Positions 10,741-22,885 of a stretch of DNA of 64,000 nt are shown here, one piece after another. Position numbers and translations under genes: made by a program. Position 1 is the first letter of the stretch. Every line of letters begins with the position of its first letter. This stretch comes from Zancudomyces culisetae HAW-14-8 (lineage: Eukaryota > Fungi > Kickxellomycota), in contig JBNJNM010000007.1 in the NCBI GenBank assembly GCA_052426225.1, positions 868,001-932,000 on the forward strand, in the 5' to 3' direction. The notes under the pieces were generated by a model. The model was not told the DNA's origin, made no database searches, and saw only the letters and a list, made by a program, of their open reading frames with translations.

Positions 10741-13700
10741 TCAATAACCTCCAAGTTATGACCTTGTAAATACGCCCGTACTTGCGACTTGATAGCCCAG
10801 TCACTAGGATCGACTTTTTCTCGCATTTGTTGGTATCTCTTACTCCCACCTTCACTATACCTACTACTACTCGCCTCACTACTATTTCTACTACTATGTA
10901 TGTTTATATTTGCCGCTGATTTTTTGATATTCTTTAACGATCTAGTCATTTTCATCAAATAAACAGATGGCGTCGATGCCGAAAACTGATTGATATTCAG
11001 CCCAATACTCGCCAGCGACGAACTCGAAACCAAACTTCCTCCCATTCCACCACTACCACCACCATTCTCCCGATGGTTCGAATTCAAACTCCGTCTTCCA
11101 ACATTTCCTCCTGTCCCTTTTTGGCCTGCTTTTTTAACTATATAAACATGATCCAATACCAAGTTTAGCATTTTAAATGTGTTTAACATTATCAAATTCA
11201 ATAGGTTTTTACTAGTCGCTTTAATCTCGCCATAACTGTTCTTGTAAGCAAATTCAGTTGACAATCTGACAACCACTACCACTATGTTATCCACCTTTTC
11301 ATTACCACCACCTTTATCTCTATCTCTATCACATTCACCATTTTCGTTCTCATTATTCCCACCATTACCATTACCATTCTTGTTGTTATTGTTGTTGTTG
11401 TTATATAACAATGTTGGAAGCATCAATTTTTTCTTAAAACCTGATTTTTTCCCAACATTAATAAAACTAGTACTACCACTAACTTCCTCTTCTTGGATTT
11501 CAACCCACTCGTCTCCCTTCTTTTTCTTGTCTCTCACCATTGATCCATCATTGTTCCTGCCATTTTTGTTATTGTTGTTCTTTTGACCATTCAAAGTCAG
11601 AGTCACTTTTTTAGAATTCTCAAACGCTAGTACCTCTACACTCTCAAATATCTCCAATTGCGACTTGGATACCGCCGAAATTATATTATTTAACCCCATA
11701 ACACTTTCTCGGATATCTCGTTTATAATAATAACAACTCGTGTATTGCAATGATCCAAAGTTCTTCTTTTGTTCTTCTTGCTTGGAAGTGGAAAACGGTG
11801 CAAGTGGTAGGGAAGGCTGATACGTATCTAAAACGTTTTGCTTGCATGCTACAGCCTTTTGAACCAAATCAGCAAACTTCCCAACTATAAAGAGATATGG
11901 CTCAGTGTCATCTTTCTTGAGATACAAAAACCCATAAACATTGGTTTTGATAAATTCGTGAGCACAAGCATTGTCTGACAAGATTGCCTTGTTCGCATTT
12001 ATATGCGCTGTGTACATCGAATGGTTTGAACTGGACGGCGAATTCGAACTAGTCGACGCTGGATAATGCCGAATAGTCTGGGCATTCGCTTTGCTGTAAA
12101 CCCAAACTTCACCAATAAAACCAACAGGCAACGCTTTGTGCGTGGCAGGATCAACAATAGCCACCATGGTTCCGCTGGTTATTTTGCCCGAATCGGTAAG
12201 CGTTATTGTGGAGTCGCGGTTGGGCTGGTCAACAAGTTTAAGCTTGTGGTGTTGAGTAAGCATAACTGTATCCAAATGGAGTGTGATTTCCTGATCAAGC
12301 AGATGAACGCTGCTTGTGTTGCCATTGAGGTATAGATTATTATTGTTCTCCATAACAGTTTCAGAACCAGAGTTGTTGTTGTTGTTGTTGTTTTGGTTGG
12401 ATAGATATGCACGAGTAGAAATGGAAGGGTTGGCATCAGTTCCAAACATCGGATTGATATTGTTGATGTTAAGCGACTTTAAAACTTGTACAATCGCATT
12501 GTATTTTTCACTGTTGTAGCCACGGTCGTCACAGTTCAGAATTAGATTTTGAACAAATCCCAAATCCAACATTTTATTGGTTGTAAGAAAATGCAGTTTA
12601 ACATTGGCAACCAAATATTCCAACAGCTTGTAATTAACAAATACGTCCTTAATGTAATATTTACGAATCAGTGTCAGCAAGACAGTTGGGTTCTTGAAAA
12701 ACTCTATCGTTGGAAACACAATTGTCGTAGAGCCCAAAAACATCCCCAACGACAACATTTGAAGCAAGCCATAGCCATTGTAGCACTTGATTGTTGACAG
12801 CAAACACGTCTTTGGTGTCAGCTGGAAATCCACCTTTTGCTGTGCACAAAACGCCAGAATCTGCAAATGCCCAATAAAAATATACTCAATAAACTCCTTG
12901 CTTTTAGCTTTGCTCACAGTAATCAATGCTGGCTGGTTCGTGTCGCTGTGTTTATAAGGTTTGTATCCATTCATGCCTATAATATTGTTGATGCATTTTG
13001 CTGCTGTTTCAGCCAAATCAACTATTATTTTGACTTGTCCAATACTATAGTTTTTGCGGTTTTCAGTGTTGGTTATTACATGGCTGACATTCAAATACTT
13101 TATAGTATTTGTTATCATATTTATGCTTTCAAGATTTGCACTATAATGTAAAGTCGATGCAGAACTGTTGCTGTTGGGAATAATCTCAAAGGAAAACCGC
13201 TTGTTGCTATTAAGATTGCTACCGCTGACATTAGAACTGATATCCAAAGCACTAGCGGTATCAGAAACAGCTGATTGTGTCAATATCTGCGCCACAGGAA
13301 TTGCAGTTGCGCCAGCCGCAAGCACACTATACAAAGTCACTACATAGTCTATCCCACTACCCAAATTCACCACTACTCGGTCACCACTTGCCACTCCATA
13401 CTTGTCAATCAATACATTTGTGTAGCTGCTTACCTTAAGCAGCATTTCTTTAAACGTAATAAAATCATGCATTCGGCCGTTGCTGTCATACTGTCGATAC
13501 GCCACTTCGTTTGGTGCCACCTTGGCCCGCATTATCAGTAACTCTACAGCATTGTTTATTTGCAAAAGGTTGGCATTGGTTTTGGCATCAATAATCTGAT
13601 GGAGTGGTTCGTAGCCCGTAAGTTGACTCCATTCGCCATACAACTCAACTGACCGGTCTCTGTATTCCTCGGGCTGTTGGATTTCTGGCTGCAAAATGTT

Positions 13701-16700
13701 TGGATTCATCTGGAAATAGTAACTCTTTATCATTCCCAACTCAAACCGCTTTTTAGTGTGCTCAGTATTGATTTGCCGCTTTCCGTTGCTAACTATTCTT
13801 GGCAATTCCTCCTTTGGGCACAAATAAATCGTCACTGGAATAAATTTGAGTGTTTTTTCCAAATAAATATACATCTCTCTAACAATCTCTTCGTATTTGG
13901 CCTTATCGGCTTGTTCATCTAACTCAGCCAGCAATATAATATAATATCGATTATGAATTGTCAACTCAAACGCTACACTTTCATGTACCGAAAACCATCT
14001 CTTTCGAATCGTTTTGTTGATCTCCCACAAATAATTGATATATGTCATTTTGTTTACACTATCCACTGTTCTCAACCGCTCTTCATAATGTCCAAACACT
14101 AATAACCCTCTATCCTTTACTACTCTCCCCATCAACCCACTCCGCAGGTACGTGCCTCCGCCAAGCTCTGCTGAGAATATGTCTGAAGTCAGCTTTGGCA
14201 ATCCCCAATACACCATATTTGCCAACGATTCGGATTTAATCCAGATTTCTCCAATCTCGCTTTGTTGTGTTTCCTGCTTTGTTTCGGGATTGACTATCTT
14301 TATTGTTGCTGCTTTGGTTATCTGGTCGTATACGTTGTGCTTACACACCAAGTTGACGTGTTCCTGGCACTCTATCGAGCTGTCACCAGTGATCATCTCC
14401 ACCCGGTTGTCCAACAACGCAACCCGATCCAGTTGTACAATGTTACTGGGTGTACACTTAGTATATGCCAATAACATTCCACCGTATTCTGACAACGTCA
14501 AAATCGGAATGGCTGTACACTTACTACAAAACTGCTTCAGCACTTTGTTTTCAAAGAATCGGAAAAAGGCCATATCCAACTCTATACTATCCACCAACGT
14601 TGCCTCCAAGTGACTTATTTTGTCTTGGTGACTAATATCCTTCTCACTCAACAACATTTTTTTGACTCCTTCATGGTTAGTTAGCATCACATTAACTCTG
14701 TATTTCTTAATCGTTTGGATATACGTCTTTGGATTGTCCAGTATAACTGAAGAAACACAAACCGACTCTACGCCTACATACACCCCAACCAACAGTCCCA
14801 GTATCAATCCGACTCTCTGTCGTGTGTCTATACTAGTCATTATTACTCCGCCATTTCCAAGAACTGTCCGTTTCCACACCGAACACTGCGCCATCAAGTT
14901 ACCATGTGTCACTACAACTCCACTCAGCTGGCCTTTGTTTGTTTTAGTATACTCAATATACGCTGCGTCTCCTGATGCCAAATCCAGAAAATCAAACTCC
15001 TCCATAATTTTTACTTCTTTACTTCTCGACAAACTCTCTTCACCCGATCCACTTTCCTCAATTTTATCTGTACACAGCCATGGAATCTCTTTTGGCCAGT
15101 CTTCTACTCCACTATCCGCCCTATGCAAATCCTTACTCAACGCTCTAATATTCAAACTTGTTGTTAGAATTATTTTGCTGCCTGTCGTTCGCAACAAGTG
15201 CGCAACTTCCTCATAGCTATCGCTTGCTACCACTGGAACTGCTATTACTCCGCCATAAAAGCATGCAAACAAACTACTCACAAATATCTGCGTTTCATAC
15301 TTTCTGTATATCAGTGCCACCCGGTCCCCCTTCCCAATTCCTGCTTTCTTTACCATCTGCCCATACACTGCCTGAGCCACACTGTGAATATGAGCCCATG
15401 TTACGTTGCTTATTTCCTTTCCATCGTTATCTAAAACCACATACGCTGTCTTATCAGGCGTTTCTATTGCTCGCTGCTTTAAAATGCTCCCTAGGTTGTT
15501 CGTCATTTTGCCTCTTTCACTCAACTCATCTTGTTCCCATTTTATCTCTGTCTTGTTGATTACATCCTTGTCTGCCATCTCTATCCTCTCTCCAAACTGC
15601 TTTAGTATAAACTTGTTGAGACTAGTACTACTATTATCCATTTTCACACCCCCTCCATTATCTAACTCTGTCTTTTTGCTCTTCTTTACTCCCCCGCTTT
15701 TCTTTTTTTTTACTCCTCCAACCTCGTCTTCTGAATACATCATTCCATGCCCCACTGTTGCCTTGCCTTTATGTTCTTTTCCAGGCTTGGCTAAACTCTG
15801 ATACATTTTTGCTTCTGCCTCTCTCTTTTCTTCCTCAGCCTTCTTTGCGCTTTCGTTTCTCATCATTTCCTCTAGATATTCTTCCTCTTCAATCCTCTTT
15901 CTTTCCTCTTCCATCATTCTCATTTCTTCTTCAACCCTCAACCTTTCTTCTTCAACTCTTAGCCTTTCTTCCTCTCTCCTCCTTAGCTCTTCTTCTCTTC
16001 TTCTCTTTTCTCGCTCGAGTTCCCGCTGTTTTTCCATCTCTTTTTCTTTTCGCAATTGCAATTGAAACTCTCTTTCCCTTTCCCTTTCTTGTTCCTTTTC
16101 CCTTTCTCTTTCTCTTTCCCTTTTCTCCCTCTCCCTTCTCTCCTCCTCTTTCCTCGCATTTTCAAGTCTTTCAAGTCTTTCAAGCTCTTCAATTCTTTTA
16201 ATCTCCTCTGCCTTTTTGATCATTTCCAACCTCAACATCTCCTGACTTTCTTTTTCCCTTTCTTTTTCTTTTTGCTTTTCCTTTTCCTTTTCCTTTTTAT
16301 CTCTACTATTCACTTTTACCGCCCTCTTAAATTCATTCTCACCCTTATCTATTGAACTTGTTAAATATTTCAATGAATTATCTTCGTATTTTTTGGTTTT
16401 CACAGATCCTACTGACTGGAACGACGGCTTTTCTCTGGCCTTATCGAACTTGCCATTATCTCTGTTGCCCCTACTCGTCAGCTTATCTTTTAAACTCTTT
16501 GCCCCATTTGAAATAGTACTATTATTAGCTACGGTTTCTGTTTTTTTAAACATATCTTTGATATTTGCTTTTCCCTCGTCGCCAAAATACACCACACCTT
16601 CATCTTCTACCTCCTGTGTAGTAGTCTTTTTGATAAAACTCAAACCATTTACATCCTTGTCTTCTTCATCAGAGAAATCAAAAATACCTTTCAGTTCTTT

Positions 16701-17768
16701 TGCCAACGGAGTTTTTTTACCATGGCTACCATACAACTGCCTCTGAGTATCATCTTGGTAATTTTGATTGTGGTTGTCACGTTGAGCCTGTGAGTATTCA
16801 TACTTGCCAATCGATGCAATGCTTGTTGCTGATTTTTTGGGGCTCGCAGGCATCTGGCCTAACTCTGTGCCGTGGCTGCGTTTGTATCGCAGGCTAGGTG
16901 TACCATATCTGGAGTACTTGCTGTTTACGCTATAAGCAGAGGTATTATTTACTTCATGGTCTTGACCACAGGAGCTATCGCTGTAGTATGAGATCCCATC
17001 AGTATCAAGCATTTCATGCAGCATCTCAATTTCTCTATCATCAGTACTTGATACGGTATCCTTCCTTATCCTACCCTCGTTCCCAAGCATTTTTGTCCTT
17101 GCAATCTCCCGATTTTCACTTTTTGATTTGTTTACGCTAATAACACTATTGGCTCTTCCCATCCTCAGCGATTCTATGAGCCCCTCATCCAACATAGTTC
17201 CCCCGTTTTGCCCACGTTCGTTCATTACTTCAGTTCTCTCTCCACCCACTCTATCCTCGCGCATCAAGTTTCCAAATATACCCTTGGCCTTTGACAAAAA
17301 CCATTTCTCTTCAACATTTTCACTGTCATTTGGATCATCTCTTTCTAGTTCTGCACTTATTCGCTCATTAGCAATATAATATCTCAGCAACTCTTCCTCT
17401 TCTTTTTTTTTCGTTTTTTCTGCATCTACCTCCTTTTCGAGTCCCAATCCTATTAACTTTTGGTTAACACTTTTTGTTGTTCCCTTGACTGTTTCCAAAA
17501 CACTATCAACTCTTTCTATTTCCTGTTTATTCAACTCGGGTTGCTCTTTTACGTTTTCTGTTGCTGCTCCTGTTGCCTCCGTTTCTGCTTCTGCTTCTGC
17601 TGCAGCTATTTTTTCTGCATACATTGTAGTTAACTCTTTCTTTTTAATCTCAAACCCTTTTTGTGTAAGATATCCATTTTCATAATCTTTGATAATTTCG
17701 TTCAGCAGTTCAAAATACTCTGTATTGTAATCCTTATGGATAACCTTCTTGTTGTCACCACTACTCAT
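10731..17768 (-). CDS. DIP2: DIP2 (disco-interacting protein 2 / yeast Cmr2) family: DMAP1-binding domain plus two FAAL-like adenylation domains
   Basis: N-terminal DYENGYLTQKGFEIKKKEL (DMAP-binding motif); first AMP-binding domain AYIEYT...GVVVTHGNL and GEIWI...YLRSGLMG; second domain with GEVWV...FIKTNVYGFL. Confidence 0.88.
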   Translation of the reverse strand: MSSGDNKKVIHKDYNTEYFELLNEIIKDYENGYLTQKGFEIKKKELTTMYAEKIAAAEAEAETEATGAATENVKEQPELNKQEIERVDSVLETVKGTTKSVNQKLIGLGLEKEVDAEKTKKKEEEELLRYYIANERISAELERDDPNDSENVEEKWFLSKAKGIFGNLMREDRVGGERTEVMNERGQNGGTMLDEGLIESLRMGRANSVISVNKSKSENREIARTKMLGNEGRIRKDTVSSTDDREIEMLHEMLDTDGISYYSDSSCGQDHEVNNTSAYSVNSKYSRYGTPSLRYKRSHGTELGQMPASPKKSATSIASIGKYEYSQAQRDNHNQNYQDDTQRQLYGSHGKKTPLAKELKGIFDFSDEEDKDVNGLSFIKKTTTQEVEDEGVVYFGDEGKANIKDMFKKTETVANNSTISNGAKSLKDKLTSRGNRDNGKFDKAREKPSFQSVGSVKTKKYEDNSLKYLTSSIDKGENEFKRAVKVNSRDKKEKEKEKQKEKEREKESQEMLRLEMIKKAEEIKRIEELERLERLENARKEEERREREKREREREREKEQEREREREFQLQLRKEKEMEKQRELEREKRRREEELRRREEERLRVEEERLRVEEEMRMMEEERKRIEEEEYLEEMMRNESAKKAEEEKREAEAKMYQSLAKPGKEHKGKATVGHGMMYSEDEVGGVKKKKSGGVKKSKKTELDNGGGVKMDNSSTSLNKFILKQFGERIEMADKDVINKTEIKWEQDELSERGKMTNNLGSILKQRAIETPDKTAYVVLDNDGKEISNVTWAHIHSVAQAVYGQMVKKAGIGKGDRVALIYRKYETQIFVSSLFACFYGGVIAVPVVASDSYEEVAHLLRTTGSKIILTTSLNIRALSKDLHRADSGVEDWPKEIPWLCTDKIEESGSGEESLSRSKEVKIMEEFDFLDLASGDAAYIEYTKTNKGQLSGVVVTHGNLMAQCSVWKRTVLGNGGVIMTSIDTRQRVGLILGLLVGVYVGVESVCVSSVILDNPKTYIQTIKKYRVNVMLTNHEGVKKMLLSEKDISHQDKISHLEATLVDSIELDMAFFRFFENKVLKQFCSKCTAIPILTLSEYGGMLLAYTKCTPSNIVQLDRVALLDNRVEMITGDSSIECQEHVNLVCKHNVYDQITKAATIKIVNPETKQETQQSEIGEIWIKSESLANMVYWGLPKLTSDIFSAELGGGTYLRSGLMGRVVKDRGLLVFGHYEERLRTVDSVNKMTYINYLWEINKTIRKRWFSVHESVAFELTIHNRYYIILLAELDEQADKAKYEEIVREMYIYLEKTLKFIPVTIYLCPKEELPRIVSNGKRQINTEHTKKRFELGMIKSYYFQMNPNILQPEIQQPEEYRDRSVELYGEWSQLTGYEPLHQIIDAKTNANLLQINNAVELLIMRAKVAPNEVAYRQYDSNGRMHDFITFKEMLLKVSSYTNVLIDKYGVASGDRVVVNLGSGIDYVVTLYSVLAAGATAIPVAQILTQSAVSDTASALDISSNVSGSNLNSNKRFSFEIIPNSNSSASTLHYSANLESINMITNTIKYLNVSHVITNTENRKNYSIGQVKIIVDLAETAAKCINNIIGMNGYKPYKHSDTNQPALITVSKAKSKEFIEYIFIGHLQILAFCAQQKVDFQLTPKTCLLSTIKCYNGYGLLQMLSLGMFLGSTTIVFPTIEFFKNPTVLLTLIRKYYIKDVFVNYKLLEYLVANVKLHFLTTNKMLDLGFVQNLILNCDDRGYNSEKYNAIVQVLKSLNINNINPMFGTDANPSISTRAYLSNQNNNNNNNSGSETVMENNNNLYLNGNTSSVHLLDQEITLHLDTVMLTQHHKLKLVDQPNRDSTITLTDSGKITSGTMVAIVDPATHKALPVGFIGEVWVYSKANAQTIRHYPASTSSNSPSSSNHSMYTAHINANKAILSDNACAHEFIKTNVYGFLYLKKDDTEPYLFIVGKFADLVQKAVACKQNVLDTYQPSLPLAPFSTSKQEEQKKNFGSLQYTSCYYYKRDIRESVMGLNNIISAVSKSQLEIFESVEVLAFENSKKVTLTLNGQKNNNNKNGRNNDGSMVRDKKKKGDEWVEIQEEEVSGSTSFINVGKKSGFKKKLMLPTLLYNNNNNNNKNGNGNGGNNENENGECDRDRDKGGGNEKVDNIVVVVVRLSTEFAYKNSYGEIKATSKNLLNLIMLNTFKMLNLVLDHVYIVKKAGQKGTGGNVGRRSLNSNHRENGGGSGGMGGSLVSSSSLASIGLNINQFSASTPSVYLMKMTRSLKNIKKSAANINIHSSRNSSEASSSRYSEGGSKRYQQMREKVDPSDWAIKSQVRAYLQGHNLEVIDYL

Positions 17769-20700
17769 ATTGGCGTCACTTTTATCATTTACTATTATAT
17801 GGTCTTGTTGTATTTTTTGATACCAAGCAATATCAAGTATTTCTTGCTTGTTTGGTGTGATTTCTTTTAGTACCTGTGTTGATATTCCTCCTTATGTCCA
17901 AAAGTATATATTCATCAAGTTACTGTATATTTCGACTTTTTCCCTTTTCCTCCTTCCTTCTATTCATATATTTATCTGTCTACCTTTTGCTTTGTACTTT
18001 AAGTTCGTGGTATATTAACTCTAAAAAGTGACTTGTTGTAGCTTTTGAGGTTATCCCTTTTCGTTTGCCTCCGTGATATTCTAATTCCTGGAAAATTGAT
18101 GCCTTCTAAGAAAGTATTCAAAGTAGGCGTTGTATGCTATCTTGAAATCGTTTCTTGTGTCGTTGAGCCGAGGTTCTATTAATTCGAGTTTTTTTTACCT
18201 ATTATTCTCAAACACCAAGTAATATACACGCGCGCACTCGTTTCTTTAAACGAATAGTTAGTTTTTCTTTTCCGAAATAATATCAATTTGACCAAAGTTG
18301 GGTCTTACTAAGAAACTAAATATACAAATATATTGTTGCTATTCCGGTCTCACTCCTTTTACACTAGACTCTTCAACAATATTTAATACTATTTTTTGGG
18401 TTTAACTTTACACGCCCGAATCGGATTTACCCTATCCTTTTACCTCCCAAACGTATATGTATTTTATTTTTATTTTTTCCAGAGAAAATAGAATCCTAAA
18501 CAAAAAGGGTGTAATAGCATATATAATTTGGTTACTACCCTTTGTAATATTTTAATATGAATGTTGTTTCGCCAAATAGCCTGTAAGGAATACGGGCAGA
18601 TACGTGTATCTATGGAACCATTGATTACAACCAAGTGAATATTATAACTAATGGTTTTCTGAAACTAGCGAAAAGAATTACTCGTTTAAAATTAAAATAC
18701 CTTTGCTAAAAATTAAAGACCAGTTTTTGCTGATCCAATTTACACATCGCTTAGCAATCACAGTAATTTAACACCTAATTTTACTCAATTTTTTCTTCGA
18801 GTAAAACGATATTCCTCGTTTTGGTCAAATAATGGAAAGTACTTCAAATTCGCCCATAGTTTTATTTCGATTTCGCTTTTGTTCAATTGTTTGAGTTGGT
18901 TGAGTCGATTATATAATCATATATTCTCAATTACGTTCTTATTGTTCATCTTTTAAATTGCAAACATGTGTTACTCTTTTTTCATTTTTCATTAAACAAA
19001 CACCTATTACAAACTAAATTTTTATAAAAGGCTTTTAGAACACACTTTAGCGTGTTTCTCTAATTATCTCTCTTCCCTCACAAAAGCAAAATATAGTATA
19101 ATCAAAATCATACTGCCACTTCTTTATAAACAATCTCGTCGCCATACCTTTATAAGCAAACTCAACCAATAGGTCAGCATAACATTGTACCAAGCGTTGA
19201 TGTCTTTATGCTTGAAACGCTTTGACTTGGTAAAAGTTATTATATTACTCTGAAACGCAATCCCAGGGTTTTTAACCTAAACTGTATGTACGACGTTAAT
19301 CTTTAATTTCTAATTTTTTTTCACTTGTTTTTTCACTTTAGCTTACTTTTTCACCGCAAAAGAAATCCTTGACATTTATTTATTTTATACTTTTTCGATT
19401 AGTTGCACGTATTACGCAAAACAATTTATTTTGCAAATTACTGAGACTGCCGTAGTCGTGGCCATTAAAACCATGAATTGATAATACACTTATTGATCAG
19501 TATTTGATAATTGTACCATTTCAAATCACCATTTTGCAAGAGTCCTGAATGAGGGTAATACCCCCATTCCCGGACACCATGTTAGAAATAAAAGGTGATG
19601 TTGTTCTCTCCACCACAGTTTGATATCTCCTCAAAAAAGTTCATCAAAACAAGAATCAGCTTTTGATCCAATACCGCTTTTTGTTTGTTTGTTTTCAGTT
19701 TATCTAAGGAATAGTGTATAGTCTGAATTATAGATAGATCATCTTTCATTAACCGACACATTGCCGCTCTTTCAATACACACCTGATACCTTCAAACTGG
19801 GGCAAATTGCTATTTGAAAAACACCTCCGGTTCATTATAACTTTTCTAGATTAGCTGTTCAGCACATTAGCAAATTTTTTGATATGAGCTGTTGATGTTT
19901 TATAGATATGAGATGGTTTTATAAAAGAACTGAACATCAGTTCCCATTGTTTCTCAAAGTGGTAAACTGGGAATTTACTACTACAGGTCCTTAAAGATAA
20001 TTTATCTGAATTTGGTAATTTTTACTTTTTACTTTTACCAATTCTCAGCAAGAAAATTACCCAGGCTTTTTAGAGTTATCATTTATACAAGCGAGCTATT
20101 CATTTCTATATCTATGACACCCTCCCACGTTTTGAATTGGATATTTTCGTTTTGATGCGTAAGTTTTAAAAACTTGATAAATACCGTCGCCTTTTTTTAA
20201 TGATATTATTCTGAATACCTGTTAATATAATAAACGAGAGCACAATACATGCACTTTATCAATAGCCAGCTGCCAAATGTTGGAATAAGTGGTCATCATA
20301 AGTTTGGTGTTTAAAAGTTCGACGTATATTACCAAATATGGTAATTGCACCAATATGCTCACTCTACCCACAGTTACTCTTTCTAACCTCTACACCGTCA
20401 GAGAAGTGAGTGTAATAATCGACTGGTATGGTGGTTTATTAATTTACTCGGAGACTTACTAATTTAGTATTTTTTATACCTATCAAACTATACTTAGCTT
20501 TAAATCAGATACGAAACAACTACTTGTTTTGCGATTAGACAAACACTTTAATACTGCACATATAATAGACTTTAAGCAATTTAATTATGTAGTTTCATTT
20601 CAGTACAAAGTGGACAGGGCATCATTCAGGTATTAACAGCACCATTACATACCGAAAATTGGTATATATATATATATTAGCATGAATTTAGCATTTGAGA

Positions 20701-21399
20701 CTGTTACAGACAGTTGCGTGGTAATTGTTGATTCAAGTTCCAGAAATACTCTGATTCTATAAGTGCAATATATGAGTTATCAATCAAGAAGAATAGCTGT
20801 AAGACGCGTTTTAATATCTTTGTCCATATTAAGGTTGTTCGCCCTTTTTTGGTTATTAGCTCGGGTTACAGTATAGTCAAAAGGGGATATTTTAAGATGT
20901 GTAAACTGATTTGTGCATTCAAAACGATTCAGCCTATTACCTGGCGGGGATTGAATATTTTGTTGCACCAAATAATGAACGAAATATATAAATATTGGCA
21001 ATTTATACCAAAGCACAGGAGGTAAAAACAATAGATATTGTGAAATGAAGAAAGGTTGAAACAATGGAATCTGGATTAAGAGAGTAAGAATCATTTTGAG
21101 ATTTGTTTACTAAAACTTTTACCTTCTGGAAGCGCTAGGATATTAATCAGAATGCTAAATTTAGGAAATTCTCTAGCCCAACACCAAAGTAAGCTAGAAA
21201 GGTATAACAATCTAATACGATGGATGGTATATTTACTAAATCTTTTATTTTAGTAGGCATGAGGAAGAATGGCTCATACTCATTAATAATGATAGGATAA
21301 ACACCGAATTGTCCAAAGTAGGTGTTCATTTTTAAATAGTGTATATATGCATAGTTAATTTCTGTGTATTAATGTGGTGACAACTATATACATTGTAGA

Positions 21400-22095
21400 C
21401 ATTTACAGAGAAATTTCAAGGCATTAGCGAATATACACAGGAATACATAAATGTCTCTGAGGTACTAGAGGAATTTAAAAAAGGGATCAAGGACATTAAC
21501 GACGAAATGCATGTAACCAGACAAACATTAAAAGAAATTTATAACCTCTCAGGCAAGCTGGAGCATGTTTATTCTCGTTTATCGAATGGTCATAGGGGAA
21601 CAGCGCTGAACAATTATCGAAAAATTCTGAAAGAGAAGGAAGAAGTTCATCTACAACGAAAAAGGGATGAACTCGAAGGTTTCAAAAAATCTCTTACGCT
21701 AAGCCAAAACAATACACCGGTTACACTCAATTCCAAAGCTAAAAATTCAAACGAAATTGATATATCTGCTGAGCTTGAGATCTATAGAAGACTAACTCAA
21801 TCCACGGATTGGTTTCCTCAAAAAAATCATAATGTGTTAAAGAGAACATCGGATCTTTATCCTCAAAAAGGTAGGTTATATCAGCTTAAAATATATTTTT
21901 CTATAATGTTAAAAAACGGTGGTACTACAATCAACTATAGATAGTGAAAGAATATCAGAGCTGCTTGGTGATGATGAAGATTTCTATAGTGATGACGAAC
22001 AGGGGAATGTTGCTATTGAGACTGCAAAATTAAAGAAAGAAGAGCAAAATGTCGCTGAAGAGGAAGATGTAAATATAAATTTTGTTATTATGTAA
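21400..22095 (+). CDS. Spliced hypothetical coiled-coil protein with acidic C-terminus (weak resemblance to dysbindin/BLOC-1 subunits); 5' end unresolved
   Basis: Open frame TFTEKFQG...PQK, donor AAG|GTAGGT at 21870, acceptor CTATAG then in-frame DSERISELLGDDEDFYSDDE... to TAA at 22095. Confidence 0.45.
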
Positions 22096-22728
22096 AACTT
22101 GATATATCAAGTATTAAGCTTTCAAAGTAGAAATGGTATTCATAACCAATAAAACTTTTATTGCATTGCGCTTAGGAGGAAAACATAGTTATGGCTAACG
22201 AAGATTATTGTGGTTGAGAAAGAGTGGGCGGGGGTTTTTTTATAGAATTACTTTGGTTTTCATTTATTTGGTTTGTTAAGTTCTTGTATCTGCGTCGGTA
22301 TTGTATTTAGTTGCACGTCAATATTAAAATTTTATAAGAACGGTTCTCAGTATGCAGAGTGTTACAAAACTAGTATACAACTCTTGCACAATTAGAATAT
22401 TCAGCAAAGACGTCAGCTCTATTCAAAATCGATTATTTCTCGTGTAATGCAATTAATAATAATTTATAAAACACAATAGAAAGTAAAGTATGTGTAGTTA
22501 AGTAATGTAAAATAAAATAAGCCGAATCATTTAAAATAAATGCTAGTATTGCATTTTGAATCAATGTAATGATTGTATAGATGTGTATAATAGTGTTACA
22601 TAATTGAAAACATCAAAATACCAGTCCTAAACTCGGACTTTAAAAAAAATAATCTAATCCAAAATATCATTAAAACGACACCTTAATATCTAGCAATATG
22701 TATTTTGAAAAACAAAAATTTTCAGCGA

Positions 22729-22799
22729 GCGTAGATGGTTTAGTGGTATAATTGCCGCCTGCCACGCGGCAGACCCGGGTTCGATTCCCGGTCTACGCA
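22729..22799 (+). tRNA. tRNA-Gly(GCC)
   Basis: GCGTAGA/TCTACGC acceptor stem, GCCGC-CTGCCAC-GCGGC anticodon arm, CCGGG-TTCGATT-CCCGG T arm. Confidence 0.96.
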
Positions 22800-22804
22800 T
22801 TCGT

Positions 22805-22885
22805 GGGGTGTTGGCGCAATTGGTAGCGCGTTCGTCTCCAATTCGGGATAGCGGAAGGTTAAGTGTTCGAGTCACTTACGTCCCA
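22805..22885 (+). tRNA. tRNA-Trp(CCA) with an 8-nt intron (22842-22849)
   Basis: GGGGTGT/ACGTCCC acceptor stem; CT-CCA-A then TTCGGGAT at the canonical 37/38 site; the intron's third-from-last G can pair with C32; T arm AAGTG-TTCGAGT-CACTT; TTTTT downstream. Confidence 0.88.

Noticed and set aside
11284-17685. Many plus-strand ORFs antisense to DIP2, and similar ones opposite GDH, ABC-F and OTU1
   Set aside because: Shadow ORFs arising from codon bias and low complexity on the coding strand
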